This document shows, one piece after another, positions 18,614-26,731 of a stretch of 64,000 bases of DNA. The notes under the pieces were generated by a model. The model was not told the origin of the DNA. It ran no database searches and was given only the letters and a program-made list of their open reading frames with translations. This DNA is from Syntrophobacterales bacterium. Its GTDB lineage: Bacteria > Desulfobacterota > Syntrophia > Syntrophales > UBA2192. Each line of letters starts with the position of its first letter. The first letter of the stretch is position 1. Made by a program: the position numbers and the translations under genes. The DNA lies in assembly GCA_018053845.1 (NCBI GenBank), contig JAGPKU010000001.1, positions 101,235 to 165,234 on the forward strand, given 5' to 3'.

Positions 18614-18689
18614 GGATTTTCGTTGCCGTTCACGCCCGGGCGCATGAACTTTGATGGTTGCAGTTTCGCCCGTTTGTGTTAGAAACGCG

Positions 18690-19763
18690 ATGAAAAAAAA
18701 TGCCTGCCGGAAAACGCGCGTGCAAACGAAAAAAGGCCGCCCGAACAGCCGAAGACGACCCGCGCCGCAGCAGTGGATGGATTGGCGCTGGCAGTTCCGA
18801 AGCCGGATCCGCACCGCCGACGAGCTGACAAAACCCCTCGGGCTTCGCCGCGGGGAGCGCCGTGCGCTCGGCGAGGTGACCCGCGCCTGCCGCGCGGCGG
18901 CGACCCCTTACTATTTCTCGCTCATCCGCGCAGGGGACCCCCTGGATCCCATCCGTCTCCAGTGCATCCCCGACAGCCGGGAGATCGCCTCGCCCGTCGG
19001 CCTCGACGACCCTCTGGAGGAACAGGCCCACAGCCCGGTGCCGGGCCTCATCCACCGGTTCCGCGACCGCTGCCTCGTGTTGGCGACGAACCGCTGCGCC
19101 GTCTACTGCCGGCACTGCAACCGCAGACGGCTCTGGCGGGAGCCGGAGAGGATGCTCGGGTCCCGCGGGCTGGAGGCGGTCGCCGGCTACATCGAGCGTC
19201 GGCCGGCCCTGCGCGAGGTGATCCTGTCGGGCGGCGACCCGCTGACGCTCTCCGACGGCCGGCTGGAGCGCATCCTCGCGAGACTGCACGCCATCGGGCA
19301 CGTGGAGGTGATGCGGATCGGCAGCCGGATGCCCGTCGTGCTGCCCATGCGGATCACGGAGGGGCTCTGCGGCCTGCTCCGCAGGTACCGGCCCCTGTGG
19401 CTGCTGACCCAGTTCAATCACCCCCGGGAGATCACCGCCGAGGCCGCAGGCGCCTGCGAGAGGCTGCTCGAGGCGGGCATCCCGGTCCTGAACCAGTCGG
19501 TGCTGCTCAAAGGCGTCAACGACGACTACCGGACGATGCGCGAGCTGCTCTACGGCCTCGAGCGGATCGGCGTGAAGCCCTACTACCTCTTCCAGTGCGA
19601 AGAGGTGCGGGGCACGGCGCATTTCCGGGTGGACGTCCACGACGGGATGCGGCTGATGGAAAAGCTGTGGAAGACGACCTCGGGCATCTGCCTGCCCCGC
19701 TACGTGGCGGACAGGCCCGGTACGAAGGGCAAGGTCCCCCTCCAGCCCGTCTCGTTGCTGTGA
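18690..19763 (+). CDS. epmB: KamA-family radical SAM lysine 2,3-aminomutase (EF-P beta-lysylation enzyme EpmB-type)
   Basis: DWRWQFRSRI, TPYYFSLI, DPLEE..HSPVPGLIHRF.DR, CAVYCRHCNRRR (CxxxCxxC). Lies immediately upstream of efp and epmA. Start is uncertain (ATG 18690 or 18777). Confidence 0.9.
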   Translation: MKKNACRKTRVQTKKGRPNSRRRPAPQQWMDWRWQFRSRIRTADELTKPLGLRRGERRALGEVTRACRAAATPYYFSLIRAGDPLDPIRLQCIPDSREIASPVGLDDPLEEQAHSPVPGLIHRFRDRCLVLATNRCAVYCRHCNRRRLWREPERMLGSRGLEAVAGYIERRPALREVILSGGDPLTLSDGRLERILARLHAIGHVEVMRIGSRMPVVLPMRITEGLCGLLRRYRPLWLLTQFNHPREITAEAAGACERLLEAGIPVLNQSVLLKGVNDDYRTMRELLYGLERIGVKPYYLFQCEEVRGTAHFRVDVHDGMRLMEKLWKTTSGICLPRYVADRPGTKGKVPLQPVSLL

Positions 19764-19812
19764 TCGGGAAATCCCCCGTTGCCCCCCCGGGCCCTGCACG
19801 CCGTGAAATTCT

Positions 19813-19841
19813 TTGACAACAAAGAAGAAATGGTTTAGAAA
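19813..19841 (+). promoter_or_regulatory. Candidate sigma70 promoter of efp
   Basis: TTGACA 19813-19818, 17-nt spacer, TAGAAA 19836-19841, about 40 nt upstream of the efp ATG. Confidence 0.4.
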
Positions 19842-19884
19842 AGTAGCCTTTTCATGAACCGAACGCCCCGAGCGGAGAACCGAC

Positions 19885-20448
19885 ATGTACAGCGCAAGCG
19901 ACCTGCGGAAGAACCTGAGAATCATGCTGGACGACGACCCCTACATCGTGGTCGACTTCCAGTTCGTCAAGCCCGGCAAGGGGCAGTCCCTGTACCGCTG
20001 CAAGCTCCGCAACATGCTCACCGGCAGCCAGGTGGACCGCACCTTCCGCGAGGTGGACACCTTCCAGCCCGCCGAGACGGAAGAGAAGAACATGCAGTTC
20101 CTCTACAAGGAAGGGGACGCCTTCCACTTCATGGACAACGAGAGCTACGAACAGATCGCCCTCACGGCGGCGCAGGTCGGCGACGCGAAGAATTTCCTCA
20201 TCGAGAACATGGAGTGCAAGGTCCTGCTGTTCCGCGACCGCCCGATCGACATCACCCTGCCCAATTTCGTCGACGTCGTCGTGACGGAAGCCCCTCCCTG
20301 GATCAAGGGCGACACGGTTTCGGGCAACTACAAGCCGGTCATCGTCGAGACGGGCTACAAGGTCAGCGTGCCCCCCTTCATCGAGCAGGGCGAAAAGATC
20401 CGCATCGACACCCGAACGGGCGAGTACCTGACCCGGGTCAAGGAATGA
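19885..20448 (+). CDS. efp: Elongation factor P
   Basis: 187 aa. Loop VKPGKGQS carries the modifiable Lys (Lys32 here). Three OB/KOW-like domains. Confidence 0.97.
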   Translation: MYSASDLRKNLRIMLDDDPYIVVDFQFVKPGKGQSLYRCKLRNMLTGSQVDRTFREVDTFQPAETEEKNMQFLYKEGDAFHFMDNESYEQIALTAAQVGDAKNFLIENMECKVLLFRDRPIDITLPNFVDVVVTEAPPWIKGDTVSGNYKPVIVETGYKVSVPPFIEQGEKIRIDTRTGEYLTRVKE

Positions 20449-20464
20449 CCGGACATCGTGCCCC

Positions 20465-21388
20465 ATGAGCGCCGATCGGAAGCTCGAGGCCTGGCGACGG
20501 GCCCTCGAAACGCGCGCCGACATCCTCCACGCGACGCGCGCCTTCTTCCTGTCCCGGGGCTACCTCGAGGTCGAAACCCCCAACCGCATCCCCGCCCCCC
20601 TGCCCGAGTCGCACATCGACGCGATCCCTTCCGGGCCCTGGTGGCTCCACCCCTCACCGGAGATCTGCATGAAGCGGATGCTCGCGGCGGGCTTCGAGCG
20701 GATCTTCCAGATCGCCAAGTGTTGGCGCGATCGCGAGCGGGGCCCCCTGCACCTGCCCGAGTTCACCCTGCTGGAATGGTACCGAGCCGGCATCGATTAC
20801 CGGCAGCTCATGGACGAGTGCGAGGACCTCTTCCTCTACGTGGCGGGCGCCCTGGGGCGGGGGCCTGCGATCTCGTACCGGGGCCGCCCGATCGATCTCG
20901 CGAAGCCCTGGGAGAGGCTCCCGGTGGCGGATGCCTTCGCGCGGTACGGATCCGTCCCTCTCGAGATGGCCCTGGCGCAGGACCGTTTCGAGGAGGTCCT
21001 GGCCCTGGAGATCGAGCCCCGGCTGGGCAGCCCGAAGCCGACGCTGCTGTTCGACTATCCGCTCGCCTTCGGTTCGCTGGCGCGCCGCAAGTCCGGGGAG
21101 CCGGCCGCCGCCGAGCGCTTCGAGATCTACATCGGCGGCCTCGAGCTGGCCAACGGCTTCTCGGAGCTGACCGACGCGGAGGTGCAGCGCAGACGATTCG
21201 AGAAGGAAAACGAGTTGCGGCTGCGCAGGGGCCGCAGGCCGTACCCCATGCCGGAAGCCTTTCTCCGGGACCTGTCCCGCATGCCGGAGGCGGCCGGGAT
21301 CGCCGTCGGGATCGACCGGGTGGTGATGCTCTTTGCCGATGCTTCCTCCATCGACGAGGTCGTCGCCTTCGTTCCCGAAGGGCTCTGA
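20465..21388 (+). CDS. epmA: EF-P--(R)-beta-lysine ligase (EpmA/GenX/PoxA, truncated class II LysRS paralogue)
   Basis: FF..RGYLEVETP (motif 1), RIFQIAKCWRDRERG..HLPEFTLLEWY (motif 2), GIAVGIDRVVML (motif 3). About 307 aa with no anticodon-binding domain. Confidence 0.93.
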   Translation: MSADRKLEAWRRALETRADILHATRAFFLSRGYLEVETPNRIPAPLPESHIDAIPSGPWWLHPSPEICMKRMLAAGFERIFQIAKCWRDRERGPLHLPEFTLLEWYRAGIDYRQLMDECEDLFLYVAGALGRGPAISYRGRPIDLAKPWERLPVADAFARYGSVPLEMALAQDRFEEVLALEIEPRLGSPKPTLLFDYPLAFGSLARRKSGEPAAAERFEIYIGGLELANGFSELTDAEVQRRRFEKENELRLRRGRRPYPMPEAFLRDLSRMPEAAGIAVGIDRVVMLFADASSIDEVVAFVPEGL

Positions 21389-21580
21389 TCCCGACCCGTC
21401 CCCTCCCCGCCGTGTCCCCCCTCGCCCGCCCCGTCTCCGGACATTCGGGAGCCGATTTCCTTTCGGTCCACCGTCTGCCCGTTGCTTTTTGACGCGGAAT
21501 CGTTTATAAAAGAGAAAAATATAACCGGTTTCGGGGTTCGGGGGCCTTGCCGCTCCCGGAGGGAAATCCGGATGGTCGGG

Positions 21581-21617
21581 CCGCCATTCGATCGAGCGAT
21601 CGGATGGCGGTTTTTTT
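21581..21617 (+). terminator. Rho-independent terminator-type hairpin 190 nt downstream of epmA
   Basis: CCGCCATTCGATCG (21581-21594) / CGATCGGATGGCGG (21597-21610), one G-U, followed by TTTTTTT (21611-21617). Confidence 0.75.
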
Positions 21618-21647
21618 ATGGATCGATCCCGGGAAAGGAGGTTCGCC

Positions 21648-22169
21648 ATGGGGTTTTTCGACAAGGTGTTCGGCGGCAAGACCGCCGGAGGCTCCGCCCC
21701 TGGAGACTTTCGGTCTCTCGACGTTCAGGAAAAAGGGTTCAGCATCGCCGTGCCACAGGACTGGACCGTGGTCGACAGTCCTGGCGGACTCGAAGCGCGG
21801 CCGAAGGAGTGCGGACGGGTAGCGGATCCCGCCTCGGGCCGAGAGATCGGCAGCCCCGCACTCACGGTCACCGTATCGGAAATCGCCGATCCCAGCCAGA
21901 ACGCGGTCAAGGCCGCGCTGCAGCGGCGCGCGGCGGAGATGGCCGGCCACCGCATGGTAAAGCACATCGCCGGCCAGGTCGCAAGCGCCGATCAGGGGAT
22001 CGTCTACGAGTACCAGTGCGGGCCCGCGGAGGCCCCCATCCGCGCGCTGGGGGTCGTTGCCCAGAAAAGGAACAGGCTCTTCACCGTCGCCGCGCTCGGT
22101 ACGGTTCAGGACTTCGAGAAGAACCGCGGCACCCTGGAAGCGATCGTCTCGAGCTTCAAGCTGCTCTGA
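21648..22169 (+). CDS. Hypothetical protein
   Basis: 173 aa from MGFFDKVFGG. Strong SD GGAAAGGAGG 7 nt upstream. No family recognised. Confidence 0.7.
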   Translation: MGFFDKVFGGKTAGGSAPGDFRSLDVQEKGFSIAVPQDWTVVDSPGGLEARPKECGRVADPASGREIGSPALTVTVSEIADPSQNAVKAALQRRAAEMAGHRMVKHIAGQVASADQGIVYEYQCGPAEAPIRALGVVAQKRNRLFTVAALGTVQDFEKNRGTLEAIVSSFKLL

Positions 22170-22189
22170 CGGGAAGGAACGTCCGAACG

Positions 22190-22224
22190 GGGGCCGGGCG
22201 CCGGTGCCCGGCCCCTTCTCTATT
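22190..22224 (+). terminator. Rho-independent terminator
   Basis: GGGGCCGGGC (22190-22199) / GCCCGGCCCC (22206-22215), then TTCTCTATT. Confidence 0.7.
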
Positions 22225-22302
22225 CCGCCCTGGCTGCGCCCGAGGACGGGCGGTTCTCAAGCCGCGGAAATGATTCATTGAGCAGATTCGCAGAACCGAT
22301 AT

Positions 22303-22445
22303 CCGTTCTTCCGAACCTTTTGCCCGTCACCTTTCGCCTTCCACCTGTCTTTTTCCACATTTCATGGAACCGGGTTTAACGTTTCGTTAAAGAAATCCTC
22401 GTCCCGAAGGGGGCACGGAACGGGAAGGGCTGCGGCGGCAAAATA
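22303..22445. repeat. Long imperfect palindrome with reversed polarity (pyrimidine arm first; element R7)
   Basis: Left arm CCGTTCTTCCGAACCTTTTGCCCGTCACCTTTCGCCTTCCACC, right arm CGAAGGGGGCACGGAACGGGAAGGGCTGCGGCGGCAAAA. Nested pairs TTTTGCC(22317-23):GGCAAAA(22437-43) and CCTTCC(22337-42):GGAAGG(22423-28). Central perfect hairpin TTAACG-TTT-CGTTAA (22375-22389). Confidence 0.45.
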
Positions 22446-22579
22446 AATTTCCTAAGTATCTCGATAACATATAATTTTTTGCCCCGGCACCCCTCTCGTG
22501 GCATGCTCCTTTCAATACATCAGGGCAACGATCGGCAATCCATAAAATGAAATCATAGAAAAAATTCGGAGGAGACATC

Positions 22580-22855
22580 ATGAAAAAGACGCTTTCGACA
22601 CTGGTTCTGGCGGGTATCGTCGTTCTGATCACGGGGACCTTCTGCTTTGCCGAGTACACCGCAGCGGGCGTGGAGAACTTCCCCTACTTCCACCTCGGCT
22701 GCCTCATCGTCGGCGGCATGATCATCGTCTCCCTGAAGCAGAAATACGAGAAGATCTATCTCGGCGAGGCCGCCGGCAGCTTCGCGATGTACGCGATCCT
22801 GGTGGCCCTGTTCACGGCGCCGGTTGCGGAAGGGCTGAAGAACCTGCTGGGGTAG
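22580..22855 (+). CDS. Small membrane protein (signal/TM N-terminus plus 2 TM), hypothetical
   Basis: 91 aa. SD GGAGGAG 6 nt upstream. Hydrophobic segments and good GC3 bias. Confidence 0.7.
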   Translation: MKKTLSTLVLAGIVVLITGTFCFAEYTAAGVENFPYFHLGCLIVGGMIIVSLKQKYEKIYLGEAAGSFAMYAILVALFTAPVAEGLKNLLG

Positions 22856-22931
22856 AGCCCGGGAACGGATGAGGGAAGACAACTCCCCTCGCCACGGGCC
22901 TGAGCAAAATCGAATTCGGAAGGGGAGCCGC

Positions 22932-22971
22932 GAAGAGGCCGCCCGGTAAGCCGGGCGGCCTCTTCCTTTCC
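22932..22971. terminator. Bidirectional stem-loop between convergent genes
   Basis: Perfect 15-bp stem GAAGAGGCCGCCCGG (22932-22946) / CCGGGCGGCCTCTTC (22951-22965), loop TAAG. The U-tract is weak (CTTTCC). Confidence 0.6.
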
Positions 22972-22990
22972 CGATGATCCTCTTCGGCCT

Positions 22991-24493
22991 TCAGCCCTTC
23001 GCCTGCTTTTCGATCGTCCAGGTGGTCCCCGTTTTCGAATCCTTCAGGACAACCCCCTTCGCCGCGAGACCGTCCCGGATCGCATCGGCCCGCTTCCAGT
23101 TCCTCTCCTTCCGGGCCTGGAGCCTCTCCTCGATGAGGGCCTCGATCTCCTCGACCCGCAGCCCCCGTTTCGCGGCCTCGCGCAGCCTGTCCTTCTCGAA
23201 GTAGACGTCGGGGTCCTCCATCAGAATCCCCAGCACGCCGCCCACCTCGCGGAGCGTCCGCTCGGCCTCGTTGAGGACGAACAGGGCCGGGGGACCGGGC
23301 GTCGGGTTCTCGGCGAGATAGGCGTTCACCTGCCGGACGGCGTCGAAGATGTACCCCATCGCCCGGGCCGTGTTGAAGTCGTCGTCCATGGCTTCTTTGA
23401 AGCGCTCCGGGAGGTCACGGACCCGTCCCAGGAGCGCCCTCTCCTTTTCCGGCAGCTGTCCCTCCCCGACCTCGACGGCGGTCAGCGCGGGGTCGGAGGC
23501 GAAGAGATCGCGGATCCTCTTGAGGGCCTCGTAGAGCCGGTTCATCGCGAAGCGGGCCTCGTTCAGGGCCTCCTCGGAAAAATCCAGGGGGCTCCGGTAG
23601 TGACCCTGCAGGACGAAGAACCGCACGACCTCGGGGTGGTGAACCTTCAGGATGTCCCGGATGGTGATGAAGTTCCCCAGCGACTTGGACATCTTCTCGT
23701 GGTCCACCTTGATGAACCCGTTGTGGAGCCAGTACCGCGCGAAGGTCTTGCCCGAGGCGCCCTCGGACTGGGCGATCTCGTTCTCGTGGTGCGGGAAGAC
23801 CAGGTCTTCGCCCCCCCCGTGGATGTCGAAGGTCTCGCCGAGGAAGTGGGCGCTCATGACGGAGCACTCGATGTGCCAGCCCGGCCGGCCCTTGCCCCAG
23901 GGGCTCTCCCACCAGGGCTCGCCTTCCTTGCTCGCCTTCCAGAGGGCGAAGTCGAGGGGGTCCTTCTTCTTCTCGCCCGGCGCGATGCGGGCCCCCGACA
24001 TCATCTCGTCGAGGTTGCGGCCCGAGAGCTTGCCGTAGTCCTTGAACTTCTTGACGGAAAAGTAGACGTCGCCGCCGGGCACGGCGTAGGCCAGGCCGTT
24101 GCCGATGAGCCGGTTGATCAGCTCGATCATGCCCCCGATGTGTTCCGTGGCCCGGGGTGTGACGGTGGGCCGCTCGACGCCGAGGCGGCCCATGTCCTCG
24201 TCGTGCTGGGCGATGTAGCGCTCCGAGATCTCCCGGAACCCGACCCCCTCCCGGTTGGCCCTGGCGATGATCTTGTCGTCCACATCGGTGAAGTTCTTGA
24301 CGTAGGTCACCCGGTAGCCCCGGTAGCGCAGGTAACGGGTGATGACGTCGAAGTTGATGGCGGAGCGCGCGTGGCCGATGTGGCAGGTGTCGTAGACCGT
24401 GACCCCGCAGGCGTAGATCCCGACCTCGCCCTCCTTCACGGGGACGAAGTCCTCCTTCCGTCGAGTCAGGGTGTTGTAGAGACGAAGCGCCAT
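22991..24493 (-). CDS. cysS: Cysteine--tRNA ligase
   Basis: MALRLYNTLTRRKE..., HIGHARS (HIGH), KMSKSLGN (KMSKS). ATG 24493 with SD GGGAGGG. Confidence 0.96.
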   Translation of the reverse strand: MALRLYNTLTRRKEDFVPVKEGEVGIYACGVTVYDTCHIGHARSAINFDVITRYLRYRGYRVTYVKNFTDVDDKIIARANREGVGFREISERYIAQHDEDMGRLGVERPTVTPRATEHIGGMIELINRLIGNGLAYAVPGGDVYFSVKKFKDYGKLSGRNLDEMMSGARIAPGEKKKDPLDFALWKASKEGEPWWESPWGKGRPGWHIECSVMSAHFLGETFDIHGGGEDLVFPHHENEIAQSEGASGKTFARYWLHNGFIKVDHEKMSKSLGNFITIRDILKVHHPEVVRFFVLQGHYRSPLDFSEEALNEARFAMNRLYEALKRIRDLFASDPALTAVEVGEGQLPEKERALLGRVRDLPERFKEAMDDDFNTARAMGYIFDAVRQVNAYLAENPTPGPPALFVLNEAERTLREVGGVLGILMEDPDVYFEKDRLREAAKRGLRVEEIEALIEERLQARKERNWKRADAIRDGLAAKGVVLKDSKTGTTWTIEKQAKG

Positions 24494-24552
24494 GGCCTGC
24501 CCTCCCGTGGAGAAAACGAATCGATGACGGCGGCGTCCCTCCCCGCGCGGGG

Positions 24553-25590
24553 CTACGGGAAAAGGGCGATCATGTCCAGGGCCGTGTCTTCGCGCAGGCC
24601 GCACATGAGGTTCATGTTCTGGACCGCCTGGCCCGAGGCCCCCTTCACCAGATTGTCGATGGCCGACAGGATGATGACCCGGTTCGTCCGCTCATCGACG
24701 GCGAGGCCGAGGTGGCAGAAATTGGTCCCCTTCACGGAGGACACGTTCGGGTAGCTTCCCTTGTTCAGGACCCGGATGAAGGGCTCGTTGCCGTAGAAGT
24801 TTCTATATAATGCAATCAGCTCGGCCGTGGAAAGCGTTTTTTTCAGGCTCGCGTAGACGGTGCTGAGGATCCCGCGGTTGAGCGGCAACAGGTGCGGCGT
24901 GAAGGAGATCCGCACCTCCCGACCCGCCAGCACGCTGAGCTCCTGCTCGATCTCGGGGCTGTGCCGGTGCCCGTTGACCTTGTAGGCCTTGAACCCCTCG
25001 TCGACCTCGCAGAACAGGGAGCCGATGACGGGGTCCCGGCCCGCACCGCTCACCCCCGACTTGGAGTCGACGATGATGGTGGCCGGGTCGATGACCTGTT
25101 CCCGGAGTGCGGGCGCCAGCGCCAGGATGGCGCTCGTCACGTAGCATCCGGGGTTGGCCACGAGGTCCGCCTTCTTCACCTCCTCCCGGTAGAGTTCCGG
25201 CAGGCCGTACACGGCCCGCTTCACGAGCTCGGGGGCCGTGTGCCTGTGGTACCACGTCGCGAAGACGTCGAGATCGCGCAGCCGGAAATCGGCCGAGAGA
25301 TCGATGACCTTCTTGCCGGCCTCGAGAAAGGCCGGCGCGACGGCCATGGCCTCCCCGTGCGGGGTGGCCGTGAAGATCACGTCGGCCATCCCGGCCAGTT
25401 CCCCGGGCGAGGCGTCGATGAAGCGGATGTCCGTGAGGCCCTCGAACACGGGGTAGGTGTCCGACAGGGGCTGCCCCTTGAACTTGCGCGACGTGAGCCC
25501 CGTGACCGTCACGTCGGGGTGCCGCAGCAGGATGCGCATCAGCTCGAGGCCCGTGTAGCCGCTGCCGCCGTAAATGCCGACCCGAATCAT
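24553..25590 (-). CDS. argC: N-acetyl-gamma-glutamyl-phosphate reductase
   Basis: MIRVGIYGGSGYTGLEL, active-site NPGCYVTS. 345 aa. SD GGAGGAGGGG. Confidence 0.95.
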   Translation of the reverse strand: MIRVGIYGGSGYTGLELMRILLRHPDVTVTGLTSRKFKGQPLSDTYPVFEGLTDIRFIDASPGELAGMADVIFTATPHGEAMAVAPAFLEAGKKVIDLSADFRLRDLDVFATWYHRHTAPELVKRAVYGLPELYREEVKKADLVANPGCYVTSAILALAPALREQVIDPATIIVDSKSGVSGAGRDPVIGSLFCEVDEGFKAYKVNGHRHSPEIEQELSVLAGREVRISFTPHLLPLNRGILSTVYASLKKTLSTAELIALYRNFYGNEPFIRVLNKGSYPNVSSVKGTNFCHLGLAVDERTNRVIILSAIDNLVKGASGQAVQNMNLMCGLREDTALDMIALFP

Positions 25591-25771
25591 GTTCCCCTCC
25601 TCCGCGTCGAGACTGTGTCGTGATCGTGAAGCATGCCGACCCCCCGTCCTTCCCCGCGAAGGGTGTCTCCGCCGAGGCGGGGGCGGCAATCCGGAACGGA
25701 CGGGACAGCCGGGATTCCGCATCGCCCTCCGATTGCGCGGAAGGACCGCATCGGGACGACGACCCCGTCAC

Positions 25772-25798
25772 ACAAAAAAGGGGGTTCCGAGAACCCCC
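25772..25798 (-). terminator. Rho-independent terminator of the rplM-rpsI operon
   Basis: Minus strand GGGGGTTC-TCG-GAACCCCC followed by TTTTTTGTG. Confidence 0.88.
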
Positions 25799-25810
25799 TG
25801 GTCGTTTCGC

Positions 25811-26203
25811 TTAGCGCTTCGAGAACTGGAACCGCTTTCGGGCGCCGGGCTGGCCGTATTTCTTGCGCTCCTTCATGCGGGAGTCCCTCGTGAGAAAGCC
25901 CGCCTTCTTCAGGATCGGCCGCAGCTCCGCGTCGAACTCGCAGAGAGCCTTGGAGATCCCGTGCTTGACCGCATCGGCCTGGCCGGCGATCCCGCCGCCG
26001 TCGACGTTGACGTAGAAATCGAACTGTCCCATCCGGTTGGTGATCTCCAGGGGCTGCTGGATGATCTTCTTGAGGACGTCCCGGGTGAAGTAATCGTCGA
26101 AATTCCGGTTGTTGACGGTGAACGCGCCGGAGCCTTCCTTCATCCAGACGCGGGCGATCGCCGTCTTCCTTTTTCCCGTTGCGTAAATCCGCTTGTCGGT
26201 CAT
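25811..26203 (-). CDS. rpsI: 30S ribosomal protein S9 (uS9)
   Basis: [10 protein letters not shown]..., [15 protein letters not shown]-terminal [10 protein letters not shown]. Confidence 0.97.
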   Translation of the reverse strand: MTDKRIYATGKRKTAIARVWMKEGSGAFTVNNRNFDDYFTRDVLKKIIQQPLEITNRMGQFDFYVNVDGGGIAGQADAVKHGISKALCEFDAELRPILKKAGFLTRDSRMKERKKYGQPGARKRFQFSKR

Positions 26204-26228
26204 TCCCCTACTCCATCTGCGGTCGATC

Positions 26229-26657
26229 TTACAGTTCAATCCGGTGCGGCTTCTGGGCGTCGTGGGGATGCTTGTCGCCGGCATAGATCTTGAGCTTGCG
26301 CAGCTGCCGCCTTCCCAGCGAGTTCTTGGGGAGCATGCCCTGCACGGCTCGCCGGATCAGCTCTTCGGGCTTCTTGGCCAGGAGCTTGCCGGCGGGCCAT
26401 GCCTTGATCCCGCCCGGGTAGCCCGAATGATGATAGTAGATCTTGTCGGTGAGCTTCCTGCCCGTCAGCGCGATCTTCTCGGCATTGATGACCACCACGA
26501 AGTCCCCCGCGTCGGCGTGGGGCGTGAAGACGGCCTTGTGCTTGCCGCGGAGGCGGTGGGCGATCTCCCGGGCGAGCCGGCCCAGAACCTTTCCCTGCGC
26601 ATCGACGAGAAACCATTCGCGGTCGACGGCATCCTTTTTCGCCATATAGGTACTCAT
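26229..26657 (-). CDS. rplM: 50S ribosomal protein L13 (uL13)
   Basis: [38 protein letters not shown]... pattern. Confidence 0.97.
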   Translation of the reverse strand: MSTYMAKKDAVDREWFLVDAQGKVLGRLAREIAHRLRGKHKAVFTPHADAGDFVVVINAEKIALTGRKLTDKIYYHHSGYPGGIKAWPAGKLLAKKPEELIRRAVQGMLPKNSLGRRQLRKLKIYAGDKHPHDAQKPHRIEL

Positions 26658-26690
26658 GGGCACACCATTCCGGTGAAATTCGAAAACGTG

Positions 26691-26719
26691 AAGATAGGCG
26701 ACTCGACGATTTTTGTCAA
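26691..26719 (-). promoter_or_regulatory. Candidate sigma70 promoter of rplM-rpsI
   Basis: Minus strand TTGACA (26719-26714), 17-nt spacer, TATCTT (26696-26691), with a T-rich tract upstream. Confidence 0.45.
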
Positions 26720-26731
26720 GAGAAAAAACGG

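Noticed and set aside
21389-21647. Riboswitch upstream of the hypothetical gene at 21648.
   Set aside because: I compared it by eye with the c-di-GMP, fluoride, ZTP and preQ1 consensus features I remember and found no match. It is kept only as a terminator plus an unexplained spacer.
22499-22514. Sigma-54-like sequence TGGCATGCTCCTTTCA upstream of the small membrane-protein gene.
   Set aside because: The -24 GG is present, but the -12 element reads TTTC instead of TTGC, so the conserved G is missing. No enhancer-binding-protein gene is nearby. It is too weak to call.
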